From contig CAZOAT010000002.1 of the NCBI GenBank assembly GCA_964577965.1, forward strand, positions 4,698 to 68,697: a stretch of DNA of 64,000 bases, in the 5' to 3' direction. This DNA comes from an uncultured Gemmatimonadaceae bacterium. Its GTDB lineage: Bacteria > Gemmatimonadota > Gemmatimonadetes > Gemmatimonadales > Gemmatimonadaceae. The notes below the pieces were generated by a model. It did no database searches, was not told the DNA's origin, and saw only the letters and a program-made list of their open reading frames with translations. A program made the translations under genes and the position numbers. Of this stretch, positions 1 through 8,993 are shown piece by piece; the first letter of the stretch is position 1, and each line of letters begins with the position of its first letter.

Positions 1-1010
1 TGCCTGTGGAGCGCGATTCGCTGCTACGCGTGCGGGTGCCACACGCACAAGCCGAATTCGACTCCCTGTCATATATCGAGCGGATGATGCTGCATGCCGC
101 CGCCGACGATCTGCAGCACTGGCTCACCGGCATCCGTGGTGCGGCTGCGTCGCGGATCGCCTTTCTCCGCGGCAGCCTGCTGTATGTGGTGGACGCCGAC
201 GGCACCAACGAGCGGCAGCTCACGGTGCGTGGGCGAGCGCTGTCGCCTGCGTGGCACCCGAGCGGACGATGGATCGTGTACTCCGACATCACCGACGTGG
301 GCACGCAGATCGCCGAGGTGGACGTCGGTACCGGGAAAGTGCGGCTGCTGACAGTCACTCCGCGTGGGTACAACATCACTCCGGTGTACACTCCCGACGG
401 CAAGCGGATAGTGTTCGCCGCGAGCGGGACGGGCGGCAGTCAACTCGTATCGGTGGATCGCGAGAGCTCGCGGCTGACGCGACTCGGCGCGCAGACGCGG
501 AACGCTTCGTCACCCACGTTCAGTCCCAACGGCCGGAGAATGGCGTTCGTGGCTCCGCGCACGTGGCAGGGCACCGGCTCGACCGTCCGGATGACGCCGC
601 AGCTCTTCACCGCCACTGCGACGGGAACCGGACTTCAGCAACTCACCGCCAGTACGTTTGGCGTACGCAGCTACCGAACCAGCCCGGAATGGTCGCCGGA
701 CGGGAGATATGTGACCTACACGCAGCAGGGCGGCGGCTTTCAGGTATGGCTGATCGGCGTCAACGACAAGCGGAGCAGACAGCTCACCCGCGGTCGCGAC
801 CATGAGGACGCATCGTGGGCGCCGGACAGCCGGCACCTCGTGATCACCGCCGGCCGAGATCAGACCGATCTGATCGTGCTTGACATCGTGACCGGCCGGA
901 GCCGGGAGCTCGTTGTGGATGGACGGCTACCCGCGTGGAGCCCGCGGTGGGATCCCTCCCACCCGCTGGTCCGCCGGGTCAGCACCTACGCGACGAACGA
1001 GGATGAGTGA
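1..1010 (+). CDS. TolB-family periplasmic beta-propeller protein, 5' end outside window
   Basis: ORF 6..1010 stays open to the left edge. It has five PD40/WD40-like blades (SPAWHPSGRWIVYS, TPVYTPDGKRIVFA, SPTFSPNGRRMAFV, SPEWSPDGRYVTYT, ASWAPDSRHLVIT). The TolB N-terminal domain is missing, so the window truncates the gene. Confidence 0.75.
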   Translation, partial: PVERDSLLRVRVPHAQAEFDSLSYIERMMLHAAADDLQHWLTGIRGAAASRIAFLRGSLLYVVDADGTNERQLTVRGRALSPAWHPSGRWIVYSDITDVGTQIAEVDVGTGKVRLLTVTPRGYNITPVYTPDGKRIVFAASGTGGSQLVSVDRESSRLTRLGAQTRNASSPTFSPNGRRMAFVAPRTWQGTGSTVRMTPQLFTATATGTGLQQLTASTFGVRSYRTSPEWSPDGRYVTYTQQGGGFQVWLIGVNDKRSRQLTRGRDHEDASWAPDSRHLVITAGRDQTDLIVLDIVTGRSRELVVDGRLPAWSPRWDPSHPLVRRVSTYATNEDE

Positions 1011-1043
1011 GTCTCCACCCGCTCCAGCGAGCGGGCGCGCGAG

Positions 1044-2045
1044 CTACCAGCCGAGCACCATCGCGAAGATCAGCGGCGCAACTATTGTCGCATCCGATTC
1101 GATCATGTACTTCGGCGTATCGACGCCCAGCTTGCCCCACGTGATCTTCTCGTTGGGGACCGCGCCGGAGTAACCGCCGAAGCTCGTGGTCGCATCGCTG
1201 ACCTGACAGAAGTAGCCCCACAGCCGGACGTCCTCCTGCTTGAGGTCCTGATGCAGCATCGGCACCACGCAGATCGGAAAATCGCCGGCTATTCCGCCTC
1301 CGATCTGGAAGAAGCCCAGTGATGCGTCGCTGGTGATCTCCCCGTACCACTCTGCCAGGCGCATCATGTACTCGATACCTGTCCGCACGGTGTGGACGTT
1401 GCGAATCGTTCCCGAGATGCAGTGTCCCGCATACATGTTTCCCAGAGTGGAGTCCTCCCACCCGGGCACGAAGATGGGAAGGTTCTTCTCCGCTGCCGCC
1501 ACCATCCAGGAGTCGCGCGGGTCGATCTCGTAGATCGGTTCCAGCCGGCGGCTGCTGACGAGGCGGTACAGGAACTCGTGCGGGAAAGCCCGCTCGCCCT
1601 TCGCCTCGGCCGCCTTCCACTCGTCCAGTACGGCGTCCTCGATGCGCCGCATTGCCTCGCCTTCGGGGATGCACGTGTCCGTGACGCGGTTCATGTGGCG
1701 GTCGTACAGCGCCTGCTCGTCGTCGGCACTGAGATCGCGATAGTCCGGAACCCGCTCGTAGTGTGTGTGCGCGACGAGGTTGAACAGATCCTCCTCCAGG
1801 TTCGCGCCGGTGCAGGCGATGCCGTGCACTTTGTCCTGGCGGATCATCTCGGCGAGCGAGAGGCCGAGCTCACCCGTGCTCATCGCCCCCGCGAGCGTGA
1901 CGAACATCTTTCCGCCTCCATCGAGGTGGCGGATGTAGCCTTCGCCGGCATCCACCAGGGATGCCGCGTTGAAATGCCTGAAGTGGTGGCGGATGAACTG
2001 TGAGACAGGTCCGCTTGCCCGGCTGCCCGTGGAGGGCCGGTTCAT
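1044..2045 (-). CDS. Deoxyhypusine synthase-like protein (polyamine aminobutyl-transferase family)
   Basis: ORF 1044..2426 trimmed to the ATG at 2045 (MNRPSTG). It shows a family pattern along its whole length (GGKMFVTLAGAMSTGELG, FQIGGGIAGDFP, SGAVPNEKITWGK). The upstream 127 codons are Arg/Ser/Pro-rich and overlap the next gene. Confidence 0.8.
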   Translation of the reverse strand: MNRPSTGSRASGPVSQFIRHHFRHFNAASLVDAGEGYIRHLDGGGKMFVTLAGAMSTGELGLSLAEMIRQDKVHGIACTGANLEEDLFNLVAHTHYERVPDYRDLSADDEQALYDRHMNRVTDTCIPEGEAMRRIEDAVLDEWKAAEAKGERAFPHEFLYRLVSSRRLEPIYEIDPRDSWMVAAAEKNLPIFVPGWEDSTLGNMYAGHCISGTIRNVHTVRTGIEYMMRLAEWYGEITSDASLGFFQIGGGIAGDFPICVVPMLHQDLKQEDVRLWGYFCQVSDATTSFGGYSGAVPNEKITWGKLGVDTPKYMIESDATIVAPLIFAMVLGW

Positions 2046-2142
2046 GGCGCGTCCTCGCTGAGGAGATTGACGGGGAACGCGTCGCACGGAGCGCGCGACT
2101 GTCAGCGCAATATACTCGGGGCCCCCGGAGGACGCGGCCCGA

Positions 2143-2496
2143 TCACCCGCCAAGCAGGCTTGACAGTGCGACGGCGGCAGCGATTCCGACGACGGCGACC
2201 AGTCCAAGCAGAACCCCGGCTGTGAGCCCGACCGTGCGACCCGCGGCGAACTCGCGTGTCTCCACAGCGCGGATCTCGGCAGTGGCGATGGCGACGCGGG
2301 TGCTGTCGGCAGCGGTGAACCCAACGAGCGAGTCTCCTTCGACGTAGGCACCGCGCAGTGTGTACACGGCACCGTCGGAGCGCGTGATCCGTGCTTCGCG
2401 TGACTGGAGTGGTGCATCCGCAGCAACGGGAACAGACTGTCGTTGCCAAGAGGTGCAGGCAGAGCAAAACAGCACCAGCAGGAGAGCTCGTCGCAT
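2143..2496 (-). CDS. Small lipoprotein with C-terminal hydrophobic helix
   Basis: N-terminus MRRALLLVLFCSAC is a signal peptide with a lipobox-like Cys. The C-terminus GLTAGVLLGLVAVVGIAAAVAL is hydrophobic. No family recognised. Confidence 0.5.
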   Translation of the reverse strand: MRRALLLVLFCSACTSWQRQSVPVAADAPLQSREARITRSDGAVYTLRGAYVEGDSLVGFTAADSTRVAIATAEIRAVETREFAAGRTVGLTAGVLLGLVAVVGIAAAVALSSLLGG

Positions 2497-2506
2497 GTCG
2501 ATTATC

Positions 2507-3109
2507 TCATAAACCGAGGTCAGCCGCTTCGCGCTGCATGGCGCGAATCACGAAAGCAATATGTTCCTCAAGATCCACCCCCAGGTCCGTGGCCCCATTC
2601 ACGATGTCGTCGCGATTCACGCCGCGCGCGAATGCCTTGTCCTTCATCTTCTTGCGCACCGAACGCGCGTCCACGTCGCTCACGCTGCGGGAGGGCTTCA
2701 CCAGCGCCGTGGCGGTGATCAGTCCTGTGAGCTCGTCCACGGCGAAGAGCGCTTTCGCCATGAGGGTGCTGCGTGGCGCGCCCGTGTACGCAGCGTGTCC
2801 CAGAATGGCCTCGAGCACGTCCTCCGGATAGCCGCGTTCTCTGAGAATGCGCACGCCTCCGGCGGGGTGTTCCTCGGTTGGTGAGTGCGCATCATTCGGG
2901 AAACGCTCGTAGTCGAAGTCGTGCAGCAGCCCGGCAAGCCCCCAGCGCTCCACGTCCTCACCGAACTTCCCGGCATACGCCCGCATCCCTGCCTCGACGG
3001 CAAGCATGTGCTTGCGGAGGGAATCGCTGGCGGTGAATTCGTGCATCAATCCGAGCGCCTGCTCGCGAGTGGGAATCGTCAAGCCGCTCCTCCCTGGTCG
3101 AGGAAACAC
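2507..3109 (-). CDS. HD-domain metal-dependent phosphohydrolase
   Basis: 200 aa with the HD signature LLHDFDYERF and a downstream His cluster (ILGHAAYTG). The GTG start overlaps the thrC stop region. Confidence 0.75.
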   Translation of the reverse strand: MFPRPGRSGLTIPTREQALGLMHEFTASDSLRKHMLAVEAGMRAYAGKFGEDVERWGLAGLLHDFDYERFPNDAHSPTEEHPAGGVRILRERGYPEDVLEAILGHAAYTGAPRSTLMAKALFAVDELTGLITATALVKPSRSVSDVDARSVRKKMKDKAFARGVNRDDIVNGATDLGVDLEEHIAFVIRAMQREAADLGL

Positions 3110-4260
3110 TCCGGATACTTCACTCCGGATCCTGTGTTGAAGATGACGACCCGCTCGTCAGGTCGCACCGCGCCAGTATGCAGGAGCCGGCGCAGGGCCG
3201 GTACGCACGCGCCTCCTTCCGGAGCAGCAAAGATCCCTTCGGTCCGCGCCAGCTCCCTTGCTCCCGCGATCAGCTCGGAGTCAGCTACCGCCACTGCGGT
3301 GCCGCCGGAGGCGCGTACGGCGTCGAGGATGAGGAAGTCGCCGATCGCCCGGGGAACGCGCAGTCCCCCGGCGCACGTCTGCGCATCGGGAAACTCCGTC
3401 GCGAACCGCTCGCCCTTGTCGAATGCGCGAACGATGGGAGCACAGGTCTCCGACTGCACGACTATCATCCGCGGTCGCTCTGCTCCGATCCAGCCCAGCG
3501 CCTCCATCTCGGCGAACGCCTTCCACATTCCGATCAGTCCGGTGCCGCCACCGGTAGGGTACACGATGGCATCCGGGAGGCTCCAGGCCAACTGCTCGGC
3601 GAGCTCGTAGCCGAGTGTCTTCTTCCCCTCGACACGATACGGCTCCCTGAGCGTCGCGACGTCGAACCACCCTTCCTCCTCCTTGCGCCTCGCGACTTCT
3701 GCCGCACAGTCGGTGATGAGCCCGTCAATCAGCGTCACGCTGGCACCGGCGACTTCGCACTCGAGACGATTGGCCACAGGCGTGTCGGCGGGCATGAAGA
3801 TGTAGACTGGAATCCCGGCGAGTGCGCCATATGCGGCCAGAGCGCTCGCGGCGTTTCCGGCGGATGGCGTAGCGAGTGCGGTGATGCCGAGTTCCTTCGC
3901 CATGGACACTGCCGCTGCCATCCCGCGGGCCTTGAAGCTGAGCGTCGGATTCTGCGACTCGTCCTTCACGTACAACTCGCGTATGCCGAGTGACGCGCCG
4001 AGCGCACGCGCGGGAAGCAGTGGGGTGAATCCCTCGCCGAGCGTGGTAATGCTTGCCTCGTTGCGCGGCGGCAGGACCTCGCGGTAGCGCCACATGCTGG
4101 AGCCACGCCAGCGGAGCGCCTCACGCGTAAGCGCGCGACCCGCACGGACCAGATCGTAGCGCACGAGCAGTGGCTTTCCGCACGCGGTACACGTGGTGTG
4201 AATGCTCCCGGGCTCATACGCGGTGCTGCACGCTCCGCACTCGAGGTGCGTTACGTACAC
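3079..4260 (-). CDS. thrC: Threonine synthase
   Basis: 393 aa. It has an N-terminal Zn-ribbon-like CGAC...CTAC and the PLP-lysine motif SFKARG, with PLP fold-type II architecture. Confidence 0.85.
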   Translation of the reverse strand: MYVTHLECGACSTAYEPGSIHTTCTACGKPLLVRYDLVRAGRALTREALRWRGSSMWRYREVLPPRNEASITTLGEGFTPLLPARALGASLGIRELYVKDESQNPTLSFKARGMAAAVSMAKELGITALATPSAGNAASALAAYGALAGIPVYIFMPADTPVANRLECEVAGASVTLIDGLITDCAAEVARRKEEEGWFDVATLREPYRVEGKKTLGYELAEQLAWSLPDAIVYPTGGGTGLIGMWKAFAEMEALGWIGAERPRMIVVQSETCAPIVRAFDKGERFATEFPDAQTCAGGLRVPRAIGDFLILDAVRASGGTAVAVADSELIAGARELARTEGIFAAPEGGACVPALRRLLHTGAVRPDERVVIFNTGSGVKYPECFLDQGGAA

Positions 4261-4285
4261 TGCAGCCGGGTCGAAACCATTGGGC

Positions 4286-4918
4286 TCAACGGAGCCCGAG
4301 AAGCTTGTGCGTCTGCATGCTCAGGTGCCAGCGCGGGTGGGCCAGGCAATATGCGACCGCTGCCCGCGTGTTCGCCTCGAGGTCCGGGCCGTCCATCGGC
4401 TGGAGATAGAAGTGCCGGAAGTCGAGTGAGGCGAACCGCTCCGGCGGCGCATCCCTCTGCGGATACACCAGCTTGAGCTCGTCGCCGGAGGTCTGGACCA
4501 GCGGTGCGCGCGCCTTGGGACTGATGCAGATCCAGTCAAGCGTAAGTGGAGCGGGACGCGTTCCGTTCGACTCGACCGCGACCTGAAAGCCGCGCGCCTG
4601 GAGCGCAGCTATCGCCGCCTGATCGAGTTGAAGCAGCGGCTCGCCGCCTGTGCAGACGACGTACGGGTGGCCGTCGCTTACCGTCGGCCATGCTGCTGCG
4701 ACGGCGTCCGCGAGCGACTGCGGCGTCTCGAACCGCCCACCGTCCGGGCCGACTCCGACGAAATCGGTGTCGCAGAAGTCGCAGATGGCGGTCGCTCTGT
4801 CCTGCTCGCGGCCCGTCCACAGGTTGCAGCCGGCAAAGCGGCAGAAAACCGCGGCACGCCCGGTGTGGGCGCCCTCTCCCTGCAGGGTGTAGAAGATCTC
4901 CTTGACCGTGTACGTCAC
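4286..4918 (-). CDS. queE: 7-carboxy-7-deazaguanine synthase (radical SAM)
   Basis: N-terminus [29 protein letters not shown] is typical of QueE. The cluster motif is C-x14-C-x2-C ([19 protein letters not shown]). The gene overlaps the queC stop by 4 nt. Confidence 0.9.
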   Translation of the reverse strand: MTYTVKEIFYTLQGEGAHTGRAAVFCRFAGCNLWTGREQDRATAICDFCDTDFVGVGPDGGRFETPQSLADAVAAAWPTVSDGHPYVVCTGGEPLLQLDQAAIAALQARGFQVAVESNGTRPAPLTLDWICISPKARAPLVQTSGDELKLVYPQRDAPPERFASLDFRHFYLQPMDGPDLEANTRAAVAYCLAHPRWHLSMQTHKLLGLR

Positions 4919-5643
4919 GGCCGGGCTTCCTGCTCGAGTGCCGCAAAGTCGGCGTACCGTGCCGGGTCGGCGACACCCGCCTCGGAAAACCCCCGAAGCC
5001 GCAACTGGCAGGCGTCACACCGGCCGCACGCCTCTCCCGATGTGCCCGGATCGTAGCAGCTCACCGTCTGCGCGTAGTCCACACCGAGTGAGAGGCCGAG
5101 CTGGATTATCTCACGCTTGGTGAGATCGATGAGTGGAGTACGCACGCGGATCTGCATAGCGTTCTCGGTGCCAGTCCGCGTCCCGAGCCTTGCCACTCTC
5201 TCGAATGCTTCTATGAACTCGGGTCGGCAGTCCGGATAGCCGCTGTAGTCGAGGGCATTCACTCCGATGAAGATGTCGGCCGCCGCGATCACCTCGGCCC
5301 ACGCAAGCCCGAGCGAGAGCAGGATCGTGTTGCGCGCGGGCACGTAGGTGACGGGAACGCCGGTGCGGTCGGGAGCTTCGTCTCGTGGCACACCGATCGT
5401 TTCGTCAGTCAATGCCGACCCGCCGAACGTTCGGAGGTCGAGCTCCACGATCTTGTGGGCTTCGACCCGCCAGACGGACGCAACCTCGCACGCAGCCTGC
5501 AACTCCTGTTCGTGACGCTGGCCATAGCGCACGGTCAGGGCGTGCACGCGATACCCTTCGGCGCTTGCCACCGCGAGAGCCGTCGTCGAGTCGAGTCCAC
5601 CGCTCAGAAGCACAACCGCGGCCTTACTGTGTATTTCGGTCAT
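4915..5643 (-). CDS. queC: 7-cyano-7-deazaguanine synthase
   Basis: PP-loop motif [12 protein letters not shown] and a C-terminal Zn Cys cluster (CYDP...[10 protein letters not shown]). Confidence 0.9.
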   Translation of the reverse strand: MTEIHSKAAVVLLSGGLDSTTALAVASAEGYRVHALTVRYGQRHEQELQAACEVASVWRVEAHKIVELDLRTFGGSALTDETIGVPRDEAPDRTGVPVTYVPARNTILLSLGLAWAEVIAAADIFIGVNALDYSGYPDCRPEFIEAFERVARLGTRTGTENAMQIRVRTPLIDLTKREIIQLGLSLGVDYAQTVSCYDPGTSGEACGRCDACQLRLRGFSEAGVADPARYADFAALEQEARP

Positions 5644-5796
5644 CCACCGAAAGCTAGCGTTCCAGGCAGACGCGTAAGGGCAGGCGGCTCAACATCGGGC
5701 GAGGTTCGGAGCCAGTCGGCGACGCTGAGTGATGAACAGGCGGCGACCGTTGCGGAGTGGCTCGGCGGGCTGGCTGAAAGCAGCGCCGGCGGCGCG

Positions 5797-6246
5797 TCAG
5801 GGCGAGCCTTTCCTGAGCTCAGGGTCGAATGAGAGGTCGGCTGGCCTGAGCTGACAGTGCTCGCCACAGCCAAGATGATAGCGGCTGCGGGCGAACCATC
5901 GGTAGGCCTTCTCCGCGATCACTCTGACGAACGGGATTCTGAAGATCCACGAGATCCACCGGCCGCGGGGGAGGACGGTCAGGAGCTGCTCGACAGCCGC
6001 CGCGCCCTGCCAGGTTCGACCGTCGCTGGCGCGTATGAGCTGCAACGATTCAGCATATGCTCTGTCGGGGATCCAGGGGAATCGTGCACGAACGCCCTGC
6101 TGCTGCGATGGCACAATCTGGAAACAGTCCCGACTGTCCCACCTGGCGAGCATCCGCGTCAGGCGGCCACACACCCGGCAGTCGCCGTCGTACACGACTG
6201 TGTAGGCACTGCGGATGGAGTCTTCCGAGAGCGGTGAGATCTTCAC
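5797..6246 (-). CDS. DCC-family thiol-disulfide oxidoreductase (DUF393)
   Basis: YDGDCRVCG motif near the N-terminus. ORF 5797..6441 trimmed to the GTG at 6246 because the upstream part overlaps aguA and is Arg/Pro-rich. Confidence 0.7.
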   Translation of the reverse strand: MKISPLSEDSIRSAYTVVYDGDCRVCGRLTRMLARWDSRDCFQIVPSQQQGVRARFPWIPDRAYAESLQLIRASDGRTWQGAAAVEQLLTVLPRGRWISWIFRIPFVRVIAEKAYRWFARSRYHLGCGEHCQLRPADLSFDPELRKGSP

Positions 6247-6266
6247 GCGCCCGGGATGTGCAAGGG

Positions 6267-7289
6267 TTACACCGGAGCAGGCTGCTGCTGTGTGAGGCAA
6301 TGCAGTGTTCCGAGCCCCCACACGAGGTTCACGGCGTGGATGCCGATCACGTCTCGGTCGGGGAAGGCCGCGGCGATGATCTCGAGTGCCTCTCGGTCTG
6401 CCGGGTCGTTGAATGTCGGAACCAGCACCGCGCCGTTGCACACGTAGAAATTGGCGTAGCTGGCTGGGAGGCGCTCGCCGCGCATCATCACCGCTCGCGG
6501 GAACGGGAGTAACACGATTTTGAACGAGCTCGCACCGGATGCCAGCTCGAGGCGCCTGAGGTTGTCGGCAGAGCGCTCGTGGTTCGGGTCAGCGGGGTCC
6601 CCCTCGTGCGCGAGGAGAACGGTCCCGCCCGGAGCGAAGCGGGCGATGTCGTCCACGTGGCCGTGGGTGTCGTCGCCGATGGCTCCCTCCCCCAGCCAGA
6701 TTGTGCGCGAGATTCCGAGATAATCCGCGAACGCACGCTCGTAGTCGGCACGGGTGAGGTCCGGGTTGCGCACCTGCACGTCGGTGAGGAGCCATTCCTC
6801 GGTGACGAGGAGGGCACCGCTGCCGTCAGCGTCAATGCCTCCTCCCTCCAGAATGAGCCGTCCGCCGTCACCGCGGGCCGGCTTCTCGAGCGGGAGTCCT
6901 GTGATATCCGCAATCGCACCGCCCACGAGTGTGTCGCGCGAATAGTTGTCGTACTTGGCCCAGGCGTTGAATCCCCAGTTCATCCACTCCACCGAACCGT
7001 CGCCCCGAATCACACCTGTCGGAGCGGAATCGCGGAGCCAGACCCGGTCGGTGGGGACTTCATGCAGGCGGTAGCGGTCAGGATCCACATGGTGCGCATG
7101 GAGGTGATCGAGCGCCGACTCCCGCACCGCGGCATCGTTGCAGATGATCTCTACCGGCTCGTACCGGTGGAGCACGCGTACGATCTCGGCGTAGTCCCAG
7201 CGGACCGCGTCGAGTTTCCCGGGCCAGTCCGGCTCGTGATGCGGCCAGGCGATCCACGTCGCGGCGTGCGGCTCCCACTCCGCCGGCAT
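6267..7289 (-). CDS. aguA: Agmatine deiminase
   Basis: N-terminus MPAEWEPHAATWIAWPH and C-terminal catalytic Cys context GLGTLHCLTQQQP are typical of agmatine deiminase / porphyromonas-type peptidylarginine deiminase family. Confidence 0.9.
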   Translation of the reverse strand: MPAEWEPHAATWIAWPHHEPDWPGKLDAVRWDYAEIVRVLHRYEPVEIICNDAAVRESALDHLHAHHVDPDRYRLHEVPTDRVWLRDSAPTGVIRGDGSVEWMNWGFNAWAKYDNYSRDTLVGGAIADITGLPLEKPARGDGGRLILEGGGIDADGSGALLVTEEWLLTDVQVRNPDLTRADYERAFADYLGISRTIWLGEGAIGDDTHGHVDDIARFAPGGTVLLAHEGDPADPNHERSADNLRRLELASGASSFKIVLLPFPRAVMMRGERLPASYANFYVCNGAVLVPTFNDPADREALEIIAAAFPDRDVIGIHAVNLVWGLGTLHCLTQQQPAPV

Positions 7290-7308
7290 CCGGCGGTCGG
7301 CGCTCAGA

Positions 7309-8229
7309 TCAGACGCCCAGGTAGCGGTTCAGGATCGGCGCGTATGCGTCGATCCGGCGGTCGCGGAGGAACGGCCAGTTGCGCCTGGTCTCCTCGATCA
7401 CGCGGGGATCGCACGTCGCCACAACGACCTCCGGCCCGCCGCCTGCTTCGGCGATCATCCGGCCGAACGGATCGCTGACGAAAGAATGACCGAAGAACTC
7501 GATTCCCTCGGTGCCCGCCTCATCCTCGTGTCCCACGCGGTTTACCGCGGCGACGTACACGCCGTTGGAGATCGCGTGCGCGCGCTGGGTGGTCTGCCAC
7601 GCCTGCACCTGAGCTTCTCCGGTCTCGGCCTTCTCAGCCGGGTGCCAGCCGATGGCCGTCGGATAAAAGAGAACCTGAGCCCCGAGCAGGCTTGTGATCC
7701 TGGCGGCCTCCGGATACCACTGATCCCAGCAGATCAGAACGCCGATGGTCGCGTACCGTGTCTTCCAGACCCGGAACCCGCCGGAGCCGCGGTGCGCTCC
7801 CTCGTGGGTGAGATGGGAATCACCGGGGGTGAAATAGAACTTCTCATTGAACAGCGGATCGTCCGGGATGTGCATCTTGCGATACACGCCGAGCAGCTCG
7901 CCGCCGGCGTCGATCACTGCGGCCGAGTTGCGGTAAACGCCGGCGGCCTGGCGCTCGAAGATGGGAACGATGATTGCCACTTCGAGATCGCGCGCTGTGT
8001 CCTGAAGCCGCTGGACTGTCGGGCCCGGGATCGGCTCGGCGAGGTCGAACCGCTCGGCGCGCTGCGCCTTGCAGAAGTAGGGTGCGTTGAACAGTTCCTG
8101 CAGGCAGATGATCTGCGCACCCCGAGCGGCGGCGTCGTGGACGCGCTGTACCGCGTGCTCCAGATTCGCGGCGAGATCTTCGCCAACGGTTTCCTGAACG
8201 AGTCCAACTGTGAACGGTGAAGCTGTCAT
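7309..8229 (-). CDS. aguB: N-carbamoylputrescine amidase (nitrilase superfamily)
   Basis: Carbon-nitrogen hydrolase with catalytic Cys context IGVLICWDQWYPE. It lies 19 nt upstream of aguA on the same strand. Confidence 0.85.
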   Translation of the reverse strand: MTASPFTVGLVQETVGEDLAANLEHAVQRVHDAAARGAQIICLQELFNAPYFCKAQRAERFDLAEPIPGPTVQRLQDTARDLEVAIIVPIFERQAAGVYRNSAAVIDAGGELLGVYRKMHIPDDPLFNEKFYFTPGDSHLTHEGAHRGSGGFRVWKTRYATIGVLICWDQWYPEAARITSLLGAQVLFYPTAIGWHPAEKAETGEAQVQAWQTTQRAHAISNGVYVAAVNRVGHEDEAGTEGIEFFGHSFVSDPFGRMIAEAGGGPEVVVATCDPRVIEETRRNWPFLRDRRIDAYAPILNRYLGV

Positions 8230-8310
8230 CTCATGGGCTGCTGGTCAGATCGTGATCCGGGCACGCGCCGAAGCGAATTGTAGACATCCTCACTCCGATA
8301 TCCAACAATC

Positions 8311-8877
8311 ATGAAAGAGACTCCAGTGAGCGGCGACCGCCGCACGCGACGCGCCAGCCTCCATAACGCATTCCGCGCAGTGAAGGCGCGTCAGGCCGAC
8401 CAGCGGACTCCGATGGGCCGGGTTGCCGAGAGGCTGACCCAGATTGCCAGCAGCACCTGGTTCTTCTGGCTGCATGTCGTCTGGTTCGCGCTCTGGATAG
8501 GGTGGAATGCCGGGGTGGCTGATCGCGCCTTCGATCCGTTCCCATTCGGCCTCCTGACGATGATAGTGTCGCTCGAGGCCATCTTTCTCGCCACTTTCGT
8601 CCTCATGACCCAGCAGCGGGAAGCCGGGATTGCGGAGCTGCGGGAGGAGCTGACGCTGCAGGTGAACCTGCGCATCGAGGAAGAGGTCACAAAGACGCTG
8701 CAACTGGTCGCCGGGCTGTATACTCGACTGGGGCAGACGATGGCGCAGGACACCGAGCTGGAACGGATGCTCGAGCCGCTTGACGCGGCGGCGATCGAGC
8801 GGGAAGTGACATCCCAGCTGAACGAGGCAGCACGCCAGCATCCTCGTCTTGCACGGGCGTGGAAGCGGACCAGATAA
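8311..8877 (+). CDS. DUF1003 membrane protein
   Basis: Two TM helices with the conserved FDPFPFGLLTMIVSLEAIFLATFVLMTQ core of DUF1003, followed by a coiled C-terminus. Confidence 0.7.
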   Translation: MKETPVSGDRRTRRASLHNAFRAVKARQADQRTPMGRVAERLTQIASSTWFFWLHVVWFALWIGWNAGVADRAFDPFPFGLLTMIVSLEAIFLATFVLMTQQREAGIAELREELTLQVNLRIEEEVTKTLQLVAGLYTRLGQTMAQDTELERMLEPLDAAAIEREVTSQLNEAARQHPRLARAWKRTR

Positions 8878-8993
8878 TCCCGTTCTCGAATAACGCAGTT
8901 GTTGCTGATATCCGAGGCTGGGATGGGAGCAGTGGAGACAATGGTTCAAGGTTTGCAAAAACGGATGCTCACCTAACGGAGACCTTCACACAC
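8878..8993 (+). promoter_or_regulatory. Probable promoter/leader region of the 13-gene sugar operon
   Basis: This is the only sizeable non-coding gap (116 nt) ahead of the overlapping gene array. It is visibly more AT-rich than its surroundings. No confident -35/-10 assignment. Confidence 0.25.

Noticed and set aside
2046-2426. A 127-codon N-terminal extension of the deoxyhypusine-synthase-like ORF. There are similar extensions at 16177-16593, 19817-20116, 25125-25457, 28585-28764, 44330-44437 and 46947-47072.
   Set aside because: The extensions overlap the preceding genes, are low-complexity, and precede internal starts. Those internal starts give canonical N-termini and 4-nt start/stop overlaps.
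5644-5796. Possible preQ1 riboswitch in the 153-nt leader of queC.
   Set aside because: Reading the minus strand, I found no preQ1-I-type stem-loop followed by an A-rich tail, and no other recognisable aptamer. A covariance-model scan would be needed to be sure.
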